Source: Planctomycetota bacterium (lineage in GTDB: Bacteria; Planctomycetota; UBA1135; UBA2386). From it: a stretch of DNA of 64,000 nt. Shown piece after piece: positions 9,582-19,905 of the stretch; within the stretch, counting starts at the first letter, position 1, and each line of letters begins with the position of its first letter. The translations under genes and the position numbers were made by a program. The stretch covers positions 4,192,001 through 4,256,000 of the forward strand of contig OZ245006.1 of NCBI GenBank assembly GCA_965223545.1, in the 5' to 3' direction. The notes under the pieces were generated by a model. That model saw nothing but the letters and a program-made list of their open reading frames with translations, searched no databases and was not told the origin of the DNA.

Positions 9582-10754
9582 TCACGAGGCGGCGTCCGCG
9601 ATCGAGGCTGGCGGCAGCATCGTCTGGCATCGGGCGCGGAGCTGGTGGATGCCGAACGGCCGGCGCAGGACCTGACAGCGGCTGCCGAGCTCCGGCAGAT
9701 CCGCTTCCGGCGTGCTGGTGCGGATGAGCAGCAGCACCCGCACCGAGGGGTTGGTGGAAAGCGCGGTGGCGACCAGCTCGGTGATCGCGGGTCGCGGCGG
9801 GTGAGTGTCGAGGATCAACAGCTCGAAGCGGTCGGGCGTCGCCTCGAACAGCGTCGCCGCGGCCGCGTCGTCCGTGCAGCAGATCACCCGGCGCCCTGAT
9901 TCGACCAGCGGCGTCTTGAGCATCTCGCGCATCGACGCGTCCGGCTCCAGCACGAGTACGCCGCCGAACGCGTGCGGTGGGGTCGCGTCCGGCGTCGGCC
10001 GCACTTCGGGCACCGCGGCCGGAGTGGTGACCGCGGGGCGCAGCTGCAGGGTGGCGACCGTGTGTCGGCCGCGCTCCGCCAGCGCGAACGCGCCACCCAG
10101 CGCGCGCAGCCACTGGTGGGCTGCCTTGTCGTTCAGCTTGGCCAGCGCGTCCGCCGGCTGGCTCGCGGCGTCGCCGTGTGCCGCGATCGTGAGGTCGACC
10201 AAGAGGCCGCGGTCGTCGTTGCTCGCCGCGGCGCGGACGTCGAGCGCGTCCGCTTTCGGCTGCCGGGCGAGCAGACAATGCACGCCGAGCAGCAGGGCTT
10301 GCCGCAGGCTGTCGGGATCGCCGGCGACCGGCGGCAGCACGTCGGTCGCGGTGACCTCGATCTGCATCGGCCGCACCGCGTGCTGTTCGAGCATCAGGCG
10401 CAGGCCGGCAAGCAGGCTTGCCAAGTCGGTGGCAGTGCCACCGGGGTTGGGCAGGTTGCGGTCGATATCGAGCTTGGCGGCGAGCAGTCGCAGCCGCCGC
10501 ACCGCGGTGCGCAGGTGCTCGATCCGGCCGGTGACGCGCAGGGCGTCATTGGCGGATTCGCACACCAGCAGAGCGTGGCCCTCGACCGCATTGGCGAGGT
10601 GGACCAGCTCCTCGCCGACCGCCGCCGGCAAGTCACCCAAGGCGGCCGGCGGTGCCGTCGTCGCCACCGGCTGCCCGCGCCGGCGGCGCCCATTCCACCA
10701 GCAGACCGCCGCGGTGCCGGCACAACCGATCGAGAAGCCGAGAACAGTGGACAT
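9582..10754 (-). CDS. Degenerate hybrid histidine kinase / atypical receiver protein (pseudokinase-like)
   Basis: N-terminal TM, CckA-like layout (LPPVAGDPDSLRQALL) and a C-terminal receiver-like domain (VLVLEPD...LLILD...LRRPF). The H-box, N-box and G-boxes are not recognisable. Confidence 0.6.
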   Translation of the reverse strand: MSTVLGFSIGCAGTAAVCWWNGRRRRGQPVATTAPPAALGDLPAAVGEELVHLANAVEGHALLVCESANDALRVTGRIEHLRTAVRRLRLLAAKLDIDRNLPNPGGTATDLASLLAGLRLMLEQHAVRPMQIEVTATDVLPPVAGDPDSLRQALLLGVHCLLARQPKADALDVRAAASNDDRGLLVDLTIAAHGDAASQPADALAKLNDKAAHQWLRALGGAFALAERGRHTVATLQLRPAVTTPAAVPEVRPTPDATPPHAFGGVLVLEPDASMREMLKTPLVESGRRVICCTDDAAAATLFEATPDRFELLILDTHPPRPAITELVATALSTNPSVRVLLLIRTSTPEADLPELGSRCQVLRRPFGIHQLRARCQTMLPPASIADAAS

Positions 10755-10790
10755 GGAACTCGGCCCCGCGGTCCGGGGCCGTGCCCGAGC

Positions 10791-11744
10791 TTAGCAGGCC
10801 GGCGGGAGCTCCGGCGCGCCGAGCGTCATTCGGTGCTCGATGACGCCGAGACACTGCGCGGCGGGGACCGCGATGCTGGCGCCGCCGACGTCGAGACGAC
10901 CGCAGGCGCGCACCAGAGTCGCCGCACGAAACCGGCCGCCGCGGTGGACGATGGACTCCCAGGCCGGGGTGCCGGCGTGCGCGATGGGATAGTCGTCCGG
11001 CAGACCGGCGAAACGGACGCGGAGCCGGTGGTCCGGCCGGCGGTTCTCGATGCGAATGCGCAGCTCGACACCGTCGCGGTCCGCGGCGGCGAGGATGCCG
11101 AGCTCGCACGGGTAGCCGTCGGGCCGCCGGCCCAACCGGCCGCGCAGCCACAGCGCCGCGGCGCCGCGGGACTCCTCGAGTCTGACCGGCTGAAGGAAGC
11201 CCGGGGAGAACAGCCGTGGGCGTTCTTCCTCGAGAGGTGCGAAGCCATCCAGCGTGCCGCGGTCGGTGCGATCCTCGAAGCGCATGCAGTCCAGCACGTG
11301 CACGCCGCGACCGCGGTCGACCAGCAACAATCCGCCCTTGCGCGAAAAGCGGATGCGGGCGCTCGCGGAAGCGATCAGGATGTCGCGTTTGCGTCGCAGG
11401 GCGCGCCCCTCGAGGACGTCGGCCGGCGTGGTGTCCCCGCTGGGCGGCGGCGCTTCGCACAGGCTGATCGCCTCCTCCAGCGCGACCAGCAAGCCGCGCG
11501 CGGTGCCGTCCTGCACCGTCCCCGCCAGCAGATCCGGCGTGTCCAGGCCGGCGAGCCGCGCGCGCGCCGCCGGGGTGCCGCGCGCGGCCAGAATCCGAGC
11601 CGCGCGGTGGGCGGCCAGCTTGAGGTCGACGCGCGCGTCGTCGCTGCCCGGCCCCGGGGTCGCGAACGGGCCCTGCCATGCGGTGGACGGCAGCGCGTCG
11701 CGCTGCGCCAAGGTCGCCGCGAGTCGGTCCGGGTGCGCCTTCAT
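10791..11744 (-). CDS. Hypothetical protein; C-terminal half resembles the GH38 alpha-mannosidase C-terminal beta domain
   Basis: ATG 11744 follows GGAGGT. IENRRPDHRLRVRF, ATLVRACGRL and PAAQCLG resemble GH38 C-terminal motifs; no catalytic domain seen. Confidence 0.5.
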   Translation of the reverse strand: MKAHPDRLAATLAQRDALPSTAWQGPFATPGPGSDDARVDLKLAAHRAARILAARGTPAARARLAGLDTPDLLAGTVQDGTARGLLVALEEAISLCEAPPPSGDTTPADVLEGRALRRKRDILIASASARIRFSRKGGLLLVDRGRGVHVLDCMRFEDRTDRGTLDGFAPLEEERPRLFSPGFLQPVRLEESRGAAALWLRGRLGRRPDGYPCELGILAAADRDGVELRIRIENRRPDHRLRVRFAGLPDDYPIAHAGTPAWESIVHRGGRFRAATLVRACGRLDVGGASIAVPAAQCLGVIEHRMTLGAPELPPAC

Positions 11745-11821
11745 CCGGACACCTCCGCCGCGTGGCGTTGGGGACAACCATGCATCACCGTTGGATTGTA
11801 GAACGGGTCCAGGGGCGCTCT

Positions 11822-11855
11822 GGCTGCACTTGGGCCCACGCTGGCGCCGATAGCA
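11822..11855 (+). promoter_or_regulatory. Candidate promoter/operator GGCTG-N3-TTGG-N12-GCCGATAGCA (sigma28-like -10), copy 1
   Basis: Same motif with identical spacing at 23510-23543; GCCGATAG resembles the FliA -10 consensus GCCGATAA. Confidence 0.45.
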
Positions 11856-11893
11856 GGGAGGCGAGCGCCATCGCTCGACTCCCGATTCCGTCA

Positions 11894-12688
11894 ATGGACC
11901 TTCCGTTCAGCGCACAACGCAAGCACTTTCGCGTGGCATGGCGCATGTCCGTCGAGGTCGTGCCCGACGACGGCGGAGACTCGGTGCGCGCCAGCACGCT
12001 CAACATCTCGGCCGGGGGCATGAGCTTGCTCACCGCCAAGCCGCTGCCGAAGGATGCGGCGGTGGAGTTGCGCTTCGAGCTGCCGGACGGGGTGCAGCGG
12101 CGCAGAATGCAAGTGCGGGGCAGCGTGCTGCGCAGCGGCGTTCTACCCAATCGGGCGCCTTCGGCGGCGGTGGTGTTCGGCGAGATGGACTCGCGCGACC
12201 GCGCGTTCGTGCGCAGCTGCGTGCTGCATCAGGCGCTGCGGCAGATGCAGTCGATGGCCGAGTACCAGGCGTTTCGCACGGTCTCGGATCTCGACCTCCT
12301 GCAGCTCGCGTCGGTGTCCAACGAGCTCGTGTTGGCGGCGGGCGACTACGCCGCCCACCACGGCGACGAGGCCACCAGCGTGTTCTTGGTCAAGTCGGGC
12401 AAGGTGCGGCTGATGGGACCGGGGGCCGCCGCCGACGAGCCGCCGATCGAGGTGGTGCACGCGGGGCAGATGTTCGGCGAGGTGTCGGCCCTACTCGCCC
12501 TCCCACACAGCTTCGACGTGATCGCCACCGAGCCGACCGAGCTCTTGGTGGTCTCGCGCGCGGCGCTGAGCTACCTGCGCGAGCACAATCTGCACCTCGC
12601 CCTGGTGCTGTACGACATCATCGTCGCTTTCATGGCGCGCCGCGTGCGGCGGCTCACCGCGCGGCTGGCGGCCACCGCCCCGTTCTGA
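11894..12688 (+). CDS. PilZ domain + cyclic-nucleotide-binding domain protein
   Basis: QRKHFR (RxxxR) and NISAGG (D/NxSxxG) PilZ motifs, then a cNMP domain (GDEATSVFLVKSGKV...GQMFGEVSAL). Confidence 0.85.
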   Translation: MDLPFSAQRKHFRVAWRMSVEVVPDDGGDSVRASTLNISAGGMSLLTAKPLPKDAAVELRFELPDGVQRRRMQVRGSVLRSGVLPNRAPSAAVVFGEMDSRDRAFVRSCVLHQALRQMQSMAEYQAFRTVSDLDLLQLASVSNELVLAAGDYAAHHGDEATSVFLVKSGKVRLMGPGAAADEPPIEVVHAGQMFGEVSALLALPHSFDVIATEPTELLVVSRAALSYLREHNLHLALVLYDIIVAFMARRVRRLTARLAATAPF

Positions 12689-12833
12689 GCGACGCGCCCG
12701 TCCGAGGGCTGCCGCAGCGGCCGGTCTCAAGGCCGGGCCGGCCGGTGGCCGATCTGAACCCAGAGTCCCCGACCCGGATCCGGGGCGGCTCGGAGGTCCG
12801 GTCGTCCCCGCCCGGCGGTCGATCGAGAGTCCA

Positions 12834-14267
12834 ATGCCGTCGTTCATGGCCCACAGCACCGCGCAGCTCAGGGCGACCTGGGAGCGGCTCGATGCCGCCC
12901 AGCGCTGGGTCATCGCCAGCGTGCCGTTGGCCGCGGCCGGCGCCTTGATCAGCGTTCTCGCATTCGCGGCCGGCGGGCGCGAGCGCGTCGCGTGGACCGG
13001 CACGGGCGCCGAGCTGCAGGTCGCGGTCGGTGCGTTGGACGGTCGCGTCGGCTACCGCATCGAAGAGGGGCGGTTGGTGGTCGCTGCGGACGACCTGCAG
13101 CGGGCTCGCCGACTGCTGTGGAGCGCGGGCGTGGCGGCAGAAGACGCATCGTCCGTCGATGACCATGCTGGCCGCGAAGGCGACGTCGCGCGCGCGCTGG
13201 AGCGCGCCGCCGCGCAGCAGCTGGAGCGCTTCCAGCACGTCGTCGAGGCGCGGGTGGCGTTCGCGGCGCCGGTCGTTGTCGGTGATGCAGCGCGCGCGCA
13301 AGTCGGGCTGCGGCTGGTGCGCGGCGCCGATTTCCGCGAGCTGGCGCCGGTGGCGGCGAGCACCGCATCGGCGGCGCTGGGCGTGCCGGTCGATGCGGTG
13401 TCCGTGGCCAACCTGACGACCGCCGAGCTGTGGAGCGCGGGGGGTGATCGCCTCGGTAGTGCGGACGCGGCGGAGGAGTTCCTGCGCATGCAAGAGCGCC
13501 GCACGCGGCAGCTGACCGCCGTGGCCCAGTCGATCCTCGACGCGCTGTACCCGGGCAAGGCGATCGCCCGCGTCCATGTCGAGCTCGATCCGGAGATGCG
13601 CACGGTGCTCGACCGGAGTGCCAGCGACAACCCCGTGTTGCTGCGCTCATCGACCAACAAGGAGGAGACGCGATCGCCGGCGGAGCGAGATCCACGCGCC
13701 GTGCCGGAGATCGGCACCGAGGTCTTCTCCCGCCCCACCGAGAGCTCGCAGCTGCGCGAGAACGAGTACTCACCGGAGTCGTTCGTCGAGACCAGCACCA
13801 AGCACCTGGCTCCAGCGGTCCGCGCCGTCGGCGTCGCTCTCTTCGTCGATCGCCAGGCACTCGGTTCGACCGACACCGCGGCGCTGTGCCGGCAGATCGG
13901 CGTCGCCGTCGGGTGGCGCGAGGGGCGGGATCCCGCGATCGAGGTGCACCCTGTCGACCTGCCCGAACCGCCGCGGCACGACCCCTCGGCAGCCGCTGCG
14001 GCGTGGGCATGGTACGAGCGGCACCAGCCCATCGTCGCGGGAGCCACCGGCACCGCGCTGGTACTGCTGTTCTTGGTGTGGATGATCCGGCGGGCGACGG
14101 GCCCCCGCGCCGCGAGAGTCGCACCGGCCGGCGTGGCGGCGGCGGCCGGCGAGTCCGCCAGCGAGGGTGACTCCGACGCCCGCAACAGTATCGAGCAGGC
14201 GATCGATCGAGATCCCGCCGCGATCACGCGGGCACTCGAGACTTGGTTGCAGGAGCAGCGACCGTGA
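12834..14267 (+). CDS. fliF: Flagellar MS-ring protein FliF-like (divergent)
   Basis: Two TM helices flanking EGDVARALE...VVEARV and AQSILDALYPGKAIARVHVELD; C-terminal DRDPAAITRALETWL FliG-binding-type tail; stop overlaps the fliG start. Confidence 0.75.
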   Translation: MPSFMAHSTAQLRATWERLDAAQRWVIASVPLAAAGALISVLAFAAGGRERVAWTGTGAELQVAVGALDGRVGYRIEEGRLVVAADDLQRARRLLWSAGVAAEDASSVDDHAGREGDVARALERAAAQQLERFQHVVEARVAFAAPVVVGDAARAQVGLRLVRGADFRELAPVAASTASAALGVPVDAVSVANLTTAELWSAGGDRLGSADAAEEFLRMQERRTRQLTAVAQSILDALYPGKAIARVHVELDPEMRTVLDRSASDNPVLLRSSTNKEETRSPAERDPRAVPEIGTEVFSRPTESSQLRENEYSPESFVETSTKHLAPAVRAVGVALFVDRQALGSTDTAALCRQIGVAVGWREGRDPAIEVHPVDLPEPPRHDPSAAAAAWAWYERHQPIVAGATGTALVLLFLVWMIRRATGPRAARVAPAGVAAAAGESASEGDSDARNSIEQAIDRDPAAITRALETWLQEQRP

Positions 14268-15280
14268 CCGCGGACGAACCCGGCGGCCCGACCCCCGATC
14301 AGGCGGTCGCGGTGTTGTTGCTGTCGATCGAGCCCGAGCGCGCCGCCTCGGTGTTGCGTCGTCTGGCGCCCGAGGCGCTGCGCCGCATCGTGCAGGCGAT
14401 GCGCGAGGTCGGCACCGAGACGCTGGACGGGGCGGCGATCGGCCGGGTGCACGAGCTGGTCGAGAGCCGGCTGCGGGCGGCCTCGCCTGGGGTGTCGAGC
14501 CTGGCGGACCTGCACCAGCTGTTGGTCGCGGCGTTCGGCGAGGAGCAGGCCGCGCAGCTCGAAGACGAGGCGACCCGGGAGTTGGAAGCACGGCGACCTC
14601 TGGCGGTGTTCGAGGCGCTCGATCCACAGGATCTCGCCGCCCTGGTCGCCGAGGAGCACCCGCAGATCGCCGCCGTGTTCCTCGCCAACCTGGATCGCGG
14701 CAAGGCGGGAACCGTGCTGCGACACTTGCCGCCGTCGGTGAGGCCGGACCTGGTGCGCCGCGTCGCCACGCTGGACCGGACCGCTCCGGACGTCGTCGCG
14801 CGCGTCCTCGACGTGATGCGTCAAAAAGTGCGCGACCTGGGACTGTCCGGCCTGCGCGCCGAGCCCATGCTGTGGATCAAGGCCGCCGCCGGCATGCTCA
14901 ACCACATGGGAGGTGGCGAGCGCCGAGTGCTGGACGGCATTGCCGAGGTCGACCCGGAGATCGCCGCCGCCGTGCGCGAGGAGATGTTCACGTTCGACGA
15001 CCTCGCCAAGCTCAACCGCCGCGGGATGCAGCGCATTCTCAGCCAGGTGGACTCGCGCGTCCTGGCGCTGTCCCTCAAGGCGGCGAGCACCGAAGTCGAG
15101 GAGAACGTGTTCGGGAATCTGTCCCGCCGGGCGGGCGAAATCGTGCGCGAGGAGCGCGAGATGCTCGGCCCGACGCCGCTGGGCGAGGTGCTCGCGGCGC
15201 AGCAGGACATCCTCGAGCTGGTGCGCTCGCTCATGGACAGCGGCGACCTCTCGGTCGTCGACGAAGAGACGCTGGTCTGA
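14264..15280 (+). CDS. fliG: Flagellar motor switch protein FliG
   Basis: AVLLLSI, EEHPQIAA, EEMFTFDDL, LALSLK and NLSRRAGEIVREEREMLGP motifs. Confidence 0.93.
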   Translation: MTADEPGGPTPDQAVAVLLLSIEPERAASVLRRLAPEALRRIVQAMREVGTETLDGAAIGRVHELVESRLRAASPGVSSLADLHQLLVAAFGEEQAAQLEDEATRELEARRPLAVFEALDPQDLAALVAEEHPQIAAVFLANLDRGKAGTVLRHLPPSVRPDLVRRVATLDRTAPDVVARVLDVMRQKVRDLGLSGLRAEPMLWIKAAAGMLNHMGGGERRVLDGIAEVDPEIAAAVREEMFTFDDLAKLNRRGMQRILSQVDSRVLALSLKAASTEVEENVFGNLSRRAGEIVREEREMLGPTPLGEVLAAQQDILELVRSLMDSGDLSVVDEETLV

Positions 15281-15352
15281 TTCTCCACGGGTTGCGGCTC
15301 GAGCGTCGCTCAGCTAACACTCGGGCCCCGACTGTCGCGGGGGTCGAATCCG

Positions 15353-15802
15353 ATGACACGCAGCCGTCGCGTCTTGCTGGTAGCTTCGAGCGGTGGTTAT
15401 TGGGTGCAGCTGCAACGGCTGGCGCCCGCGTTCTCGAGTTGGGAGCGGATCTACGTCTCGCCACAGCCCGGATATCGCTCCGAGGTCCCCGAGCACCGCT
15501 TCTTCACCGTGCGCGATGCGCCGCGCCGCCGCGGCAGCCTGCGGCTCGCGCTGGCGATGCTGGCGATCGTCGTGCGCGAGCGCCCGCGGGTCGTGATCTC
15601 GACCGGCGCGCTGCCGGGCTACTACGCCCTGCGCTTCGGCAAGTGGATCGGCGCCCACACGATCTGGGTGGACTGCGCTGCGCATGCAGAGGCGATGTCG
15701 CCGGCCGGCTTGCGCGCGCGGCGTTTCGCCGACTTGTGGCTGACCCAGTGGCGACACCTCAAGCGTCGCGGCGGCCCCGACCACGCCGGGAGCGTGCTTT
15801 GA
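15353..15802 (+). CDS. PssD/Cps14F (Alg14-like) glycosyltransferase subunit
   Basis: VLLVASSGGYWVQL, ERPRVVISTGALPG and LWLTQWRHL motifs. Confidence 0.85.
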   Translation: MTRSRRVLLVASSGGYWVQLQRLAPAFSSWERIYVSPQPGYRSEVPEHRFFTVRDAPRRRGSLRLALAMLAIVVRERPRVVISTGALPGYYALRFGKWIGAHTIWVDCAAHAEAMSPAGLRARRFADLWLTQWRHLKRRGGPDHAGSVL

Positions 15803-16284
15803 TCTTCGTCACCGTCGGTTACCACGAGCCGTTCGATCGATTGGTGCGCGTGGTCGACGATTGGGCGGCGCTGCACCCGGACCGCGAGGTGTTCGCCCAG
15901 ATCGGCGACTCCAGCTGGCACCCGGAGCACGTGCCGTGGTGCGATTGGCTGCTGCCGGCGCAGTATCGCCGGGTGGTCGGCGAGGCGTCGTGCGTCATCT
16001 CGCACGCGGGCATCGGCGCGGTCTGCGCGGCGCGCCGGGCGGCGGTGCCGCTCTTGGTGATGCCGCGCCGCGCGGAGCTGGGCGAGGCCGACGACGAGCA
16101 CCAATCCGTGGCGGCGCGCCAATTCGCCCGCGCCGACTGGGCGACGGTGGTCGAAGACGAGACGCAGCTGGCCGATCGCCTGACCGACCTCGACCAGCTG
16201 CGGCGCGCGCCGTCCCTCGGGCCGCACGCCGACCGCGAGATGCTCGAGGCGCTGCACGCCTTTGCCGCGCGCGCCAGCCTCTAG
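15799..16284 (+). CDS. PssE/Cps14G (Alg13-like) glycosyltransferase subunit
   Basis: TTG start overlapping the upstream stop; IFVTVGYHEPFDRLV, VISHAGIG and MPRRAELGEADDEHQ motifs. Confidence 0.85.
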   Translation: MIFVTVGYHEPFDRLVRVVDDWAALHPDREVFAQIGDSSWHPEHVPWCDWLLPAQYRRVVGEASCVISHAGIGAVCAARRAAVPLLVMPRRAELGEADDEHQSVAARQFARADWATVVEDETQLADRLTDLDQLRRAPSLGPHADREMLEALHAFAARASL

Positions 16285-16319
16285 CCCCGACCATGATGAC
16301 TGGGCGCCTCCGACGCTCG

Positions 16320-17711
16320 CTACGTCCCGGTGCCGCGCAGAACCACTCCGAACGTCCGCAGCATCAGCTTGAAGTCCATGCTCAACGACCAGTGGTCCAC
16401 GTAGTAGAGGTCCATCGCCACCCACTGGTCGAAGGACACGCGGGCGGTCCGGCCGGTGACCTGCCACAGGCCGGTGATGCCTGGCGGGACCGACATCCGC
16501 CGCCGGTGCCAGAGGTCGTACTTGGCGACCTCCTCGGGGATCGGCGGCCGCGGACCGACTAGGCTCATGTTGCCGATCAGCACGTTGAACAGCTGCGGCA
16601 GCTCGTCCAGACCGTGCTTGCGCAGCAGGCGCCCGATTCTGGTGATGCGCGGGTCGTCCTTGATCTTGAACGCGGCACCTTGCTGTTCGTTCTTGGCGGC
16701 GAGCTCGGCCTGCATCCGCTCGGCGCCGACACACATCGTGCGGAACTTGAAGCAGGCGAACGCGCGGCCGTGCCGTCCGAGCCGCTCCTGCACGAACAGC
16801 ACGGGGCCGCGGTCCTGCAGCTTGATGGCGATGGCGATCGCCAGCATCACCGGTGAGAGCAGGATCAGCGCCACCCCCGACACGGCGAGGTCGATGCCGC
16901 GCTTGGCGACCACGCGCCACGGTGTCGAACGCCGGTGGCGGAACGTCAGCGCGGGGATCTCGCCGTACCACGCCAGCGCCGGCACCAGATCGTGAGCGGC
17001 GAGGAAGCCGGGGGCGTAGTGGCAGCGGATGCCCGCCTCGCTGCACACTTCGAAGACCTTCAGCACGTCGGCGTTGCGGGCGTCGTCGGGTGGGCAGAGC
17101 AGGACGTAGTCGACGTGGTGCCGCAGCAGGACCCGCTCGAGATCGGCGATGCCGCCCATGCTGCGCACGTCGTCGAGCTCGTGCTCGCCCTCGCCGAGCG
17201 GAATGCCGCCGAGGATGACGATGCCGTATTGCGGGTTGTCCCGGAGCTCGCGCCGGAGCCGGACGGCGGACTCGCCGCCGCCGACGAACAGCGCGCGGCG
17301 GTAGTTGAGGCCGCGGAGACGGATGCGGCGCAGCGAGAAGCGCAGCGTGACGCGGAGCGTCGCCAGTCCCAGGTAGCCGGTCACCGCCGCGATCAGCGGC
17401 TCGAACGCCGGGGCCCCGTGCGCGATCTGGGCGAACAGGACGGTGAGGCCCAGCGTTGCGACCCAGGTCTCCGCCAGCGCCAGCAGTTCCAGGCGCGAGC
17501 CTTGGGTGCGGCGCGATCGATAGAGGCCCAGCCGCGCCGACAGCACCAGCCAGGCGACGGCGGCGACCGCGATCTGCCAGCCGCAGTCGGCCCAGGAACC
17601 CGCGCTTCCGGCCGCCAGATAACGCCGCGAGAACGCCACCGCCGTGCCGACCAACAACAAGTCGTTGGTCACCAGAACGCGGTGCAGTGCGAGGTGGTGG
17701 CTCTGCAGCAT
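16320..17711 (-). CDS. Priming polyprenyl-phosphate glycosylphosphotransferase (WcaJ/WbaP family)
   Basis: N-terminal TMs; KRGIDL, FKFRTM, DDPRITRIG, LDELPQLFNVLIGNMSLVGPRP and PGITGLWQV motifs. Confidence 0.92.
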   Translation of the reverse strand: MLQSHHLALHRVLVTNDLLLVGTAVAFSRRYLAAGSAGSWADCGWQIAVAAVAWLVLSARLGLYRSRRTQGSRLELLALAETWVATLGLTVLFAQIAHGAPAFEPLIAAVTGYLGLATLRVTLRFSLRRIRLRGLNYRRALFVGGGESAVRLRRELRDNPQYGIVILGGIPLGEGEHELDDVRSMGGIADLERVLLRHHVDYVLLCPPDDARNADVLKVFEVCSEAGIRCHYAPGFLAAHDLVPALAWYGEIPALTFRHRRSTPWRVVAKRGIDLAVSGVALILLSPVMLAIAIAIKLQDRGPVLFVQERLGRHGRAFACFKFRTMCVGAERMQAELAAKNEQQGAAFKIKDDPRITRIGRLLRKHGLDELPQLFNVLIGNMSLVGPRPPIPEEVAKYDLWHRRRMSVPPGITGLWQVTGRTARVSFDQWVAMDLYYVDHWSLSMDFKLMLRTFGVVLRGTGT

Positions 17712-18087
17712 GCGGCGGAAGAGGGGCCCGGGTGCGCGGCGAGGTGTGCGAGGTGGGTCGCGGTCCGCTCCGCCCGGCGGTCGGCGCCGGGCGGGAGCGG
17801 TTCGCGGCCGCTGGATCGCCGACGAGGCGTTCCAATCCTCAGTGTAGCTCCGGGTCGTGCCGCGCGGCAACGAGCGCGTCGCCGAGCGGACCGTACGATT
17901 CCGTGGCACGGGCCGGTTGGTCGGTCGGGGTGGCCTCCGGCGGGGCCATCGGTTTTTCTACACTGCCCGGGGCCGCCAGCCGATCCAGCGAGTAGCGCCG
18001 CATGTCCCCCATCGACCCAACGACCCCCCTGTCATCTTGGCCCCCCAACGCTCGCCGAGCGGATGTCCGCGTCGACGAGGCAGCGCC

Positions 18088-18864
18088 ATGAGGGTCGGGA
18101 TCCTCGCCGGCGGCTTCGGCTCGCGGTTGGCCGAAGAAACCGAGATTCGGCCCAAGCCCATGGTCGAGATCGGTGGTCGTCCGATTCTGTGGCACATCAT
18201 GCGCCACTACGCATCATTCGGACACACCGAGTTCGTCATCGCGCTCGGCTACAAGGGAGAGCTGATCAAGAAGTTCTTCGCCGACTACTGCGCCCTGGGC
18301 GGCAACGTCACCGTCGATTTCGGTGCGCGCTCGGTGCGCAGCCATGGACGCGAGCAGCTCGAGTGGAAGGTCGACCTGATCGAGACCGGTCCGAGCACGC
18401 TCACCGGCGGCCGGATCAAGCGGTTGGCGCCGTACCTTGGCGACGAGACGTTCATGGTCACCTGGGGTGACGGCGTCAGCAACGTCGACGTCGACAAGCT
18501 GGTCGCGTTCCACAAGGCGCACGGCAAGCTGGCGACCGTGACGGCGGTGCGGCCGCCGGCACGCTACGGTCGGTTGGAGATCGAGGACGGTCGGGTGGTG
18601 GACTTCTCCGAGAAGCCGCAGCTCGCCGAGGGCTGGATCAACGGTGCTTTCTTCGTGCTCGAGCCCGGGGTCTTCGATTACATCGATGGCGATGACACCA
18701 TGTGGGAGCACGCGCCGCTCGAGCGCCTGGCGCGGCACGGCCAGCTGATGGCGTACGAGCACGCCGGCTTCTGGCAGTGCATGGACACGCTGCGCGAGAA
18801 GCGAATCCTCGAGAACCTGTGGGCCTCCGGCTCGGCACCCTGGAAGACCTGGAGCGACGACTGA
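18088..18864 (+). CDS. rfbF: Glucose-1-phosphate cytidylyltransferase
   Basis: [14 protein letters not shown]...[24 protein letters not shown] and [10 protein letters not shown] motifs. Confidence 0.95.
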   Translation: MRVGILAGGFGSRLAEETEIRPKPMVEIGGRPILWHIMRHYASFGHTEFVIALGYKGELIKKFFADYCALGGNVTVDFGARSVRSHGREQLEWKVDLIETGPSTLTGGRIKRLAPYLGDETFMVTWGDGVSNVDVDKLVAFHKAHGKLATVTAVRPPARYGRLEIEDGRVVDFSEKPQLAEGWINGAFFVLEPGVFDYIDGDDTMWEHAPLERLARHGQLMAYEHAGFWQCMDTLREKRILENLWASGSAPWKTWSDD

Positions 18865-19895
18865 TGCGAGTCTTGATCACCGGCCACGAGGGCTACATCG
18901 GCGCGGTCTTGGTGCCGCTGACGCAGGCCGCTGGGCACCAGGTGGTGGGGCTGGACAACGGTCTGTTCCGCGGTTGCACGTTCGGCGCCGAGCCGCCTGC
19001 GCTCGAGGAGCTGGACATGGACGTCCGCGACGTCGAGGAGGAGCACCTGCGCGGATTCGACGCGGTGTTCCATCTCGCCGGCCTGTCCAACGATCCGCTC
19101 GGCGACCTGCAGCCACAGCTCACCTACGACATCAACCACATCGCCTCGGTGCGGTTGGCGGAGAAGGCGCGCGCTGCAGGCGTGCAGCGGTTCGTGTTCT
19201 CGTCGTCGTGCAGCAACTACGGTGCCGCCGAGGACGGGCTGTTGGACGAGAGCTCGGCGTTCAATCCGGTGACGCCGTACGGCGAGTCCAAGGTGCGCTC
19301 CGAGCAAGACATCGCCAAGCTCGCCACCGACGAGTTCTCGCCGACCTTCCTGCGCAACGCCACGGCCTACGGCCTCTCGTCGCGGCTGCGCGGCGACTTG
19401 GTGGTCAACAATCTGACCGGTTACGCGTTCACCACCGGCAAGGTGCTGTTGAAGAGCGCCGGCACCTCGTGGCGGCCACTGGTCCACATCGAGGACATCT
19501 CGCGCGCGTTCCTCGCCGTGCTGCACGCGCCGCGCGAGAAGGTGCACAACGAGGCGTTCAACGTCGGCCGCACCGCCGAGAACTACCGGATTCGCGATGT
19601 CGCCGAGCTGGTCGCCGACATCGTGCCCAACAGCACCGTGGAGTTTGCCGAAGGCGCAAGCCCCGACAAGCGCAACTACAACGTCAGCTGCGACAAGATC
19701 TGCGAGGTGCTGCCCGAGTACCAGCCGACGTGGACCGTGGCGGCCGGCATCCGCGAGATGTACGACGCGTTCTCGCGCGAGAAGTTGACCTACGACCAGT
19801 TCGTCAGCCCCAGGTTCCTGCGCATCAAGCACGTGCTGCAGCTGCGCGGCGAGGGCCGGTTGGACGACGACCTTCGCCTGAACGGCACTGCCTGA
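18864..19895 (+). CDS. NAD-dependent nucleotide-sugar epimerase/dehydratase (extended SDR)
   Basis: [24 protein letters not shown] and YGESK (YxxxK) motifs. Confidence 0.9.
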   Translation: MRVLITGHEGYIGAVLVPLTQAAGHQVVGLDNGLFRGCTFGAEPPALEELDMDVRDVEEEHLRGFDAVFHLAGLSNDPLGDLQPQLTYDINHIASVRLAEKARAAGVQRFVFSSSCSNYGAAEDGLLDESSAFNPVTPYGESKVRSEQDIAKLATDEFSPTFLRNATAYGLSSRLRGDLVVNNLTGYAFTTGKVLLKSAGTSWRPLVHIEDISRAFLAVLHAPREKVHNEAFNVGRTAENYRIRDVAELVADIVPNSTVEFAEGASPDKRNYNVSCDKICEVLPEYQPTWTVAAGIREMYDAFSREKLTYDQFVSPRFLRIKHVLQLRGEGRLDDDLRLNGTA

Positions 19896-19905
19896 GCTGT
19901 CCGCG

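Noticed and set aside
14167..15798. Long N-terminal extension on the PssE-like gene
   Set aside because: Alternative frame over fliG and pssD; the family N-terminus (MIFVTVG) starts at 15799.
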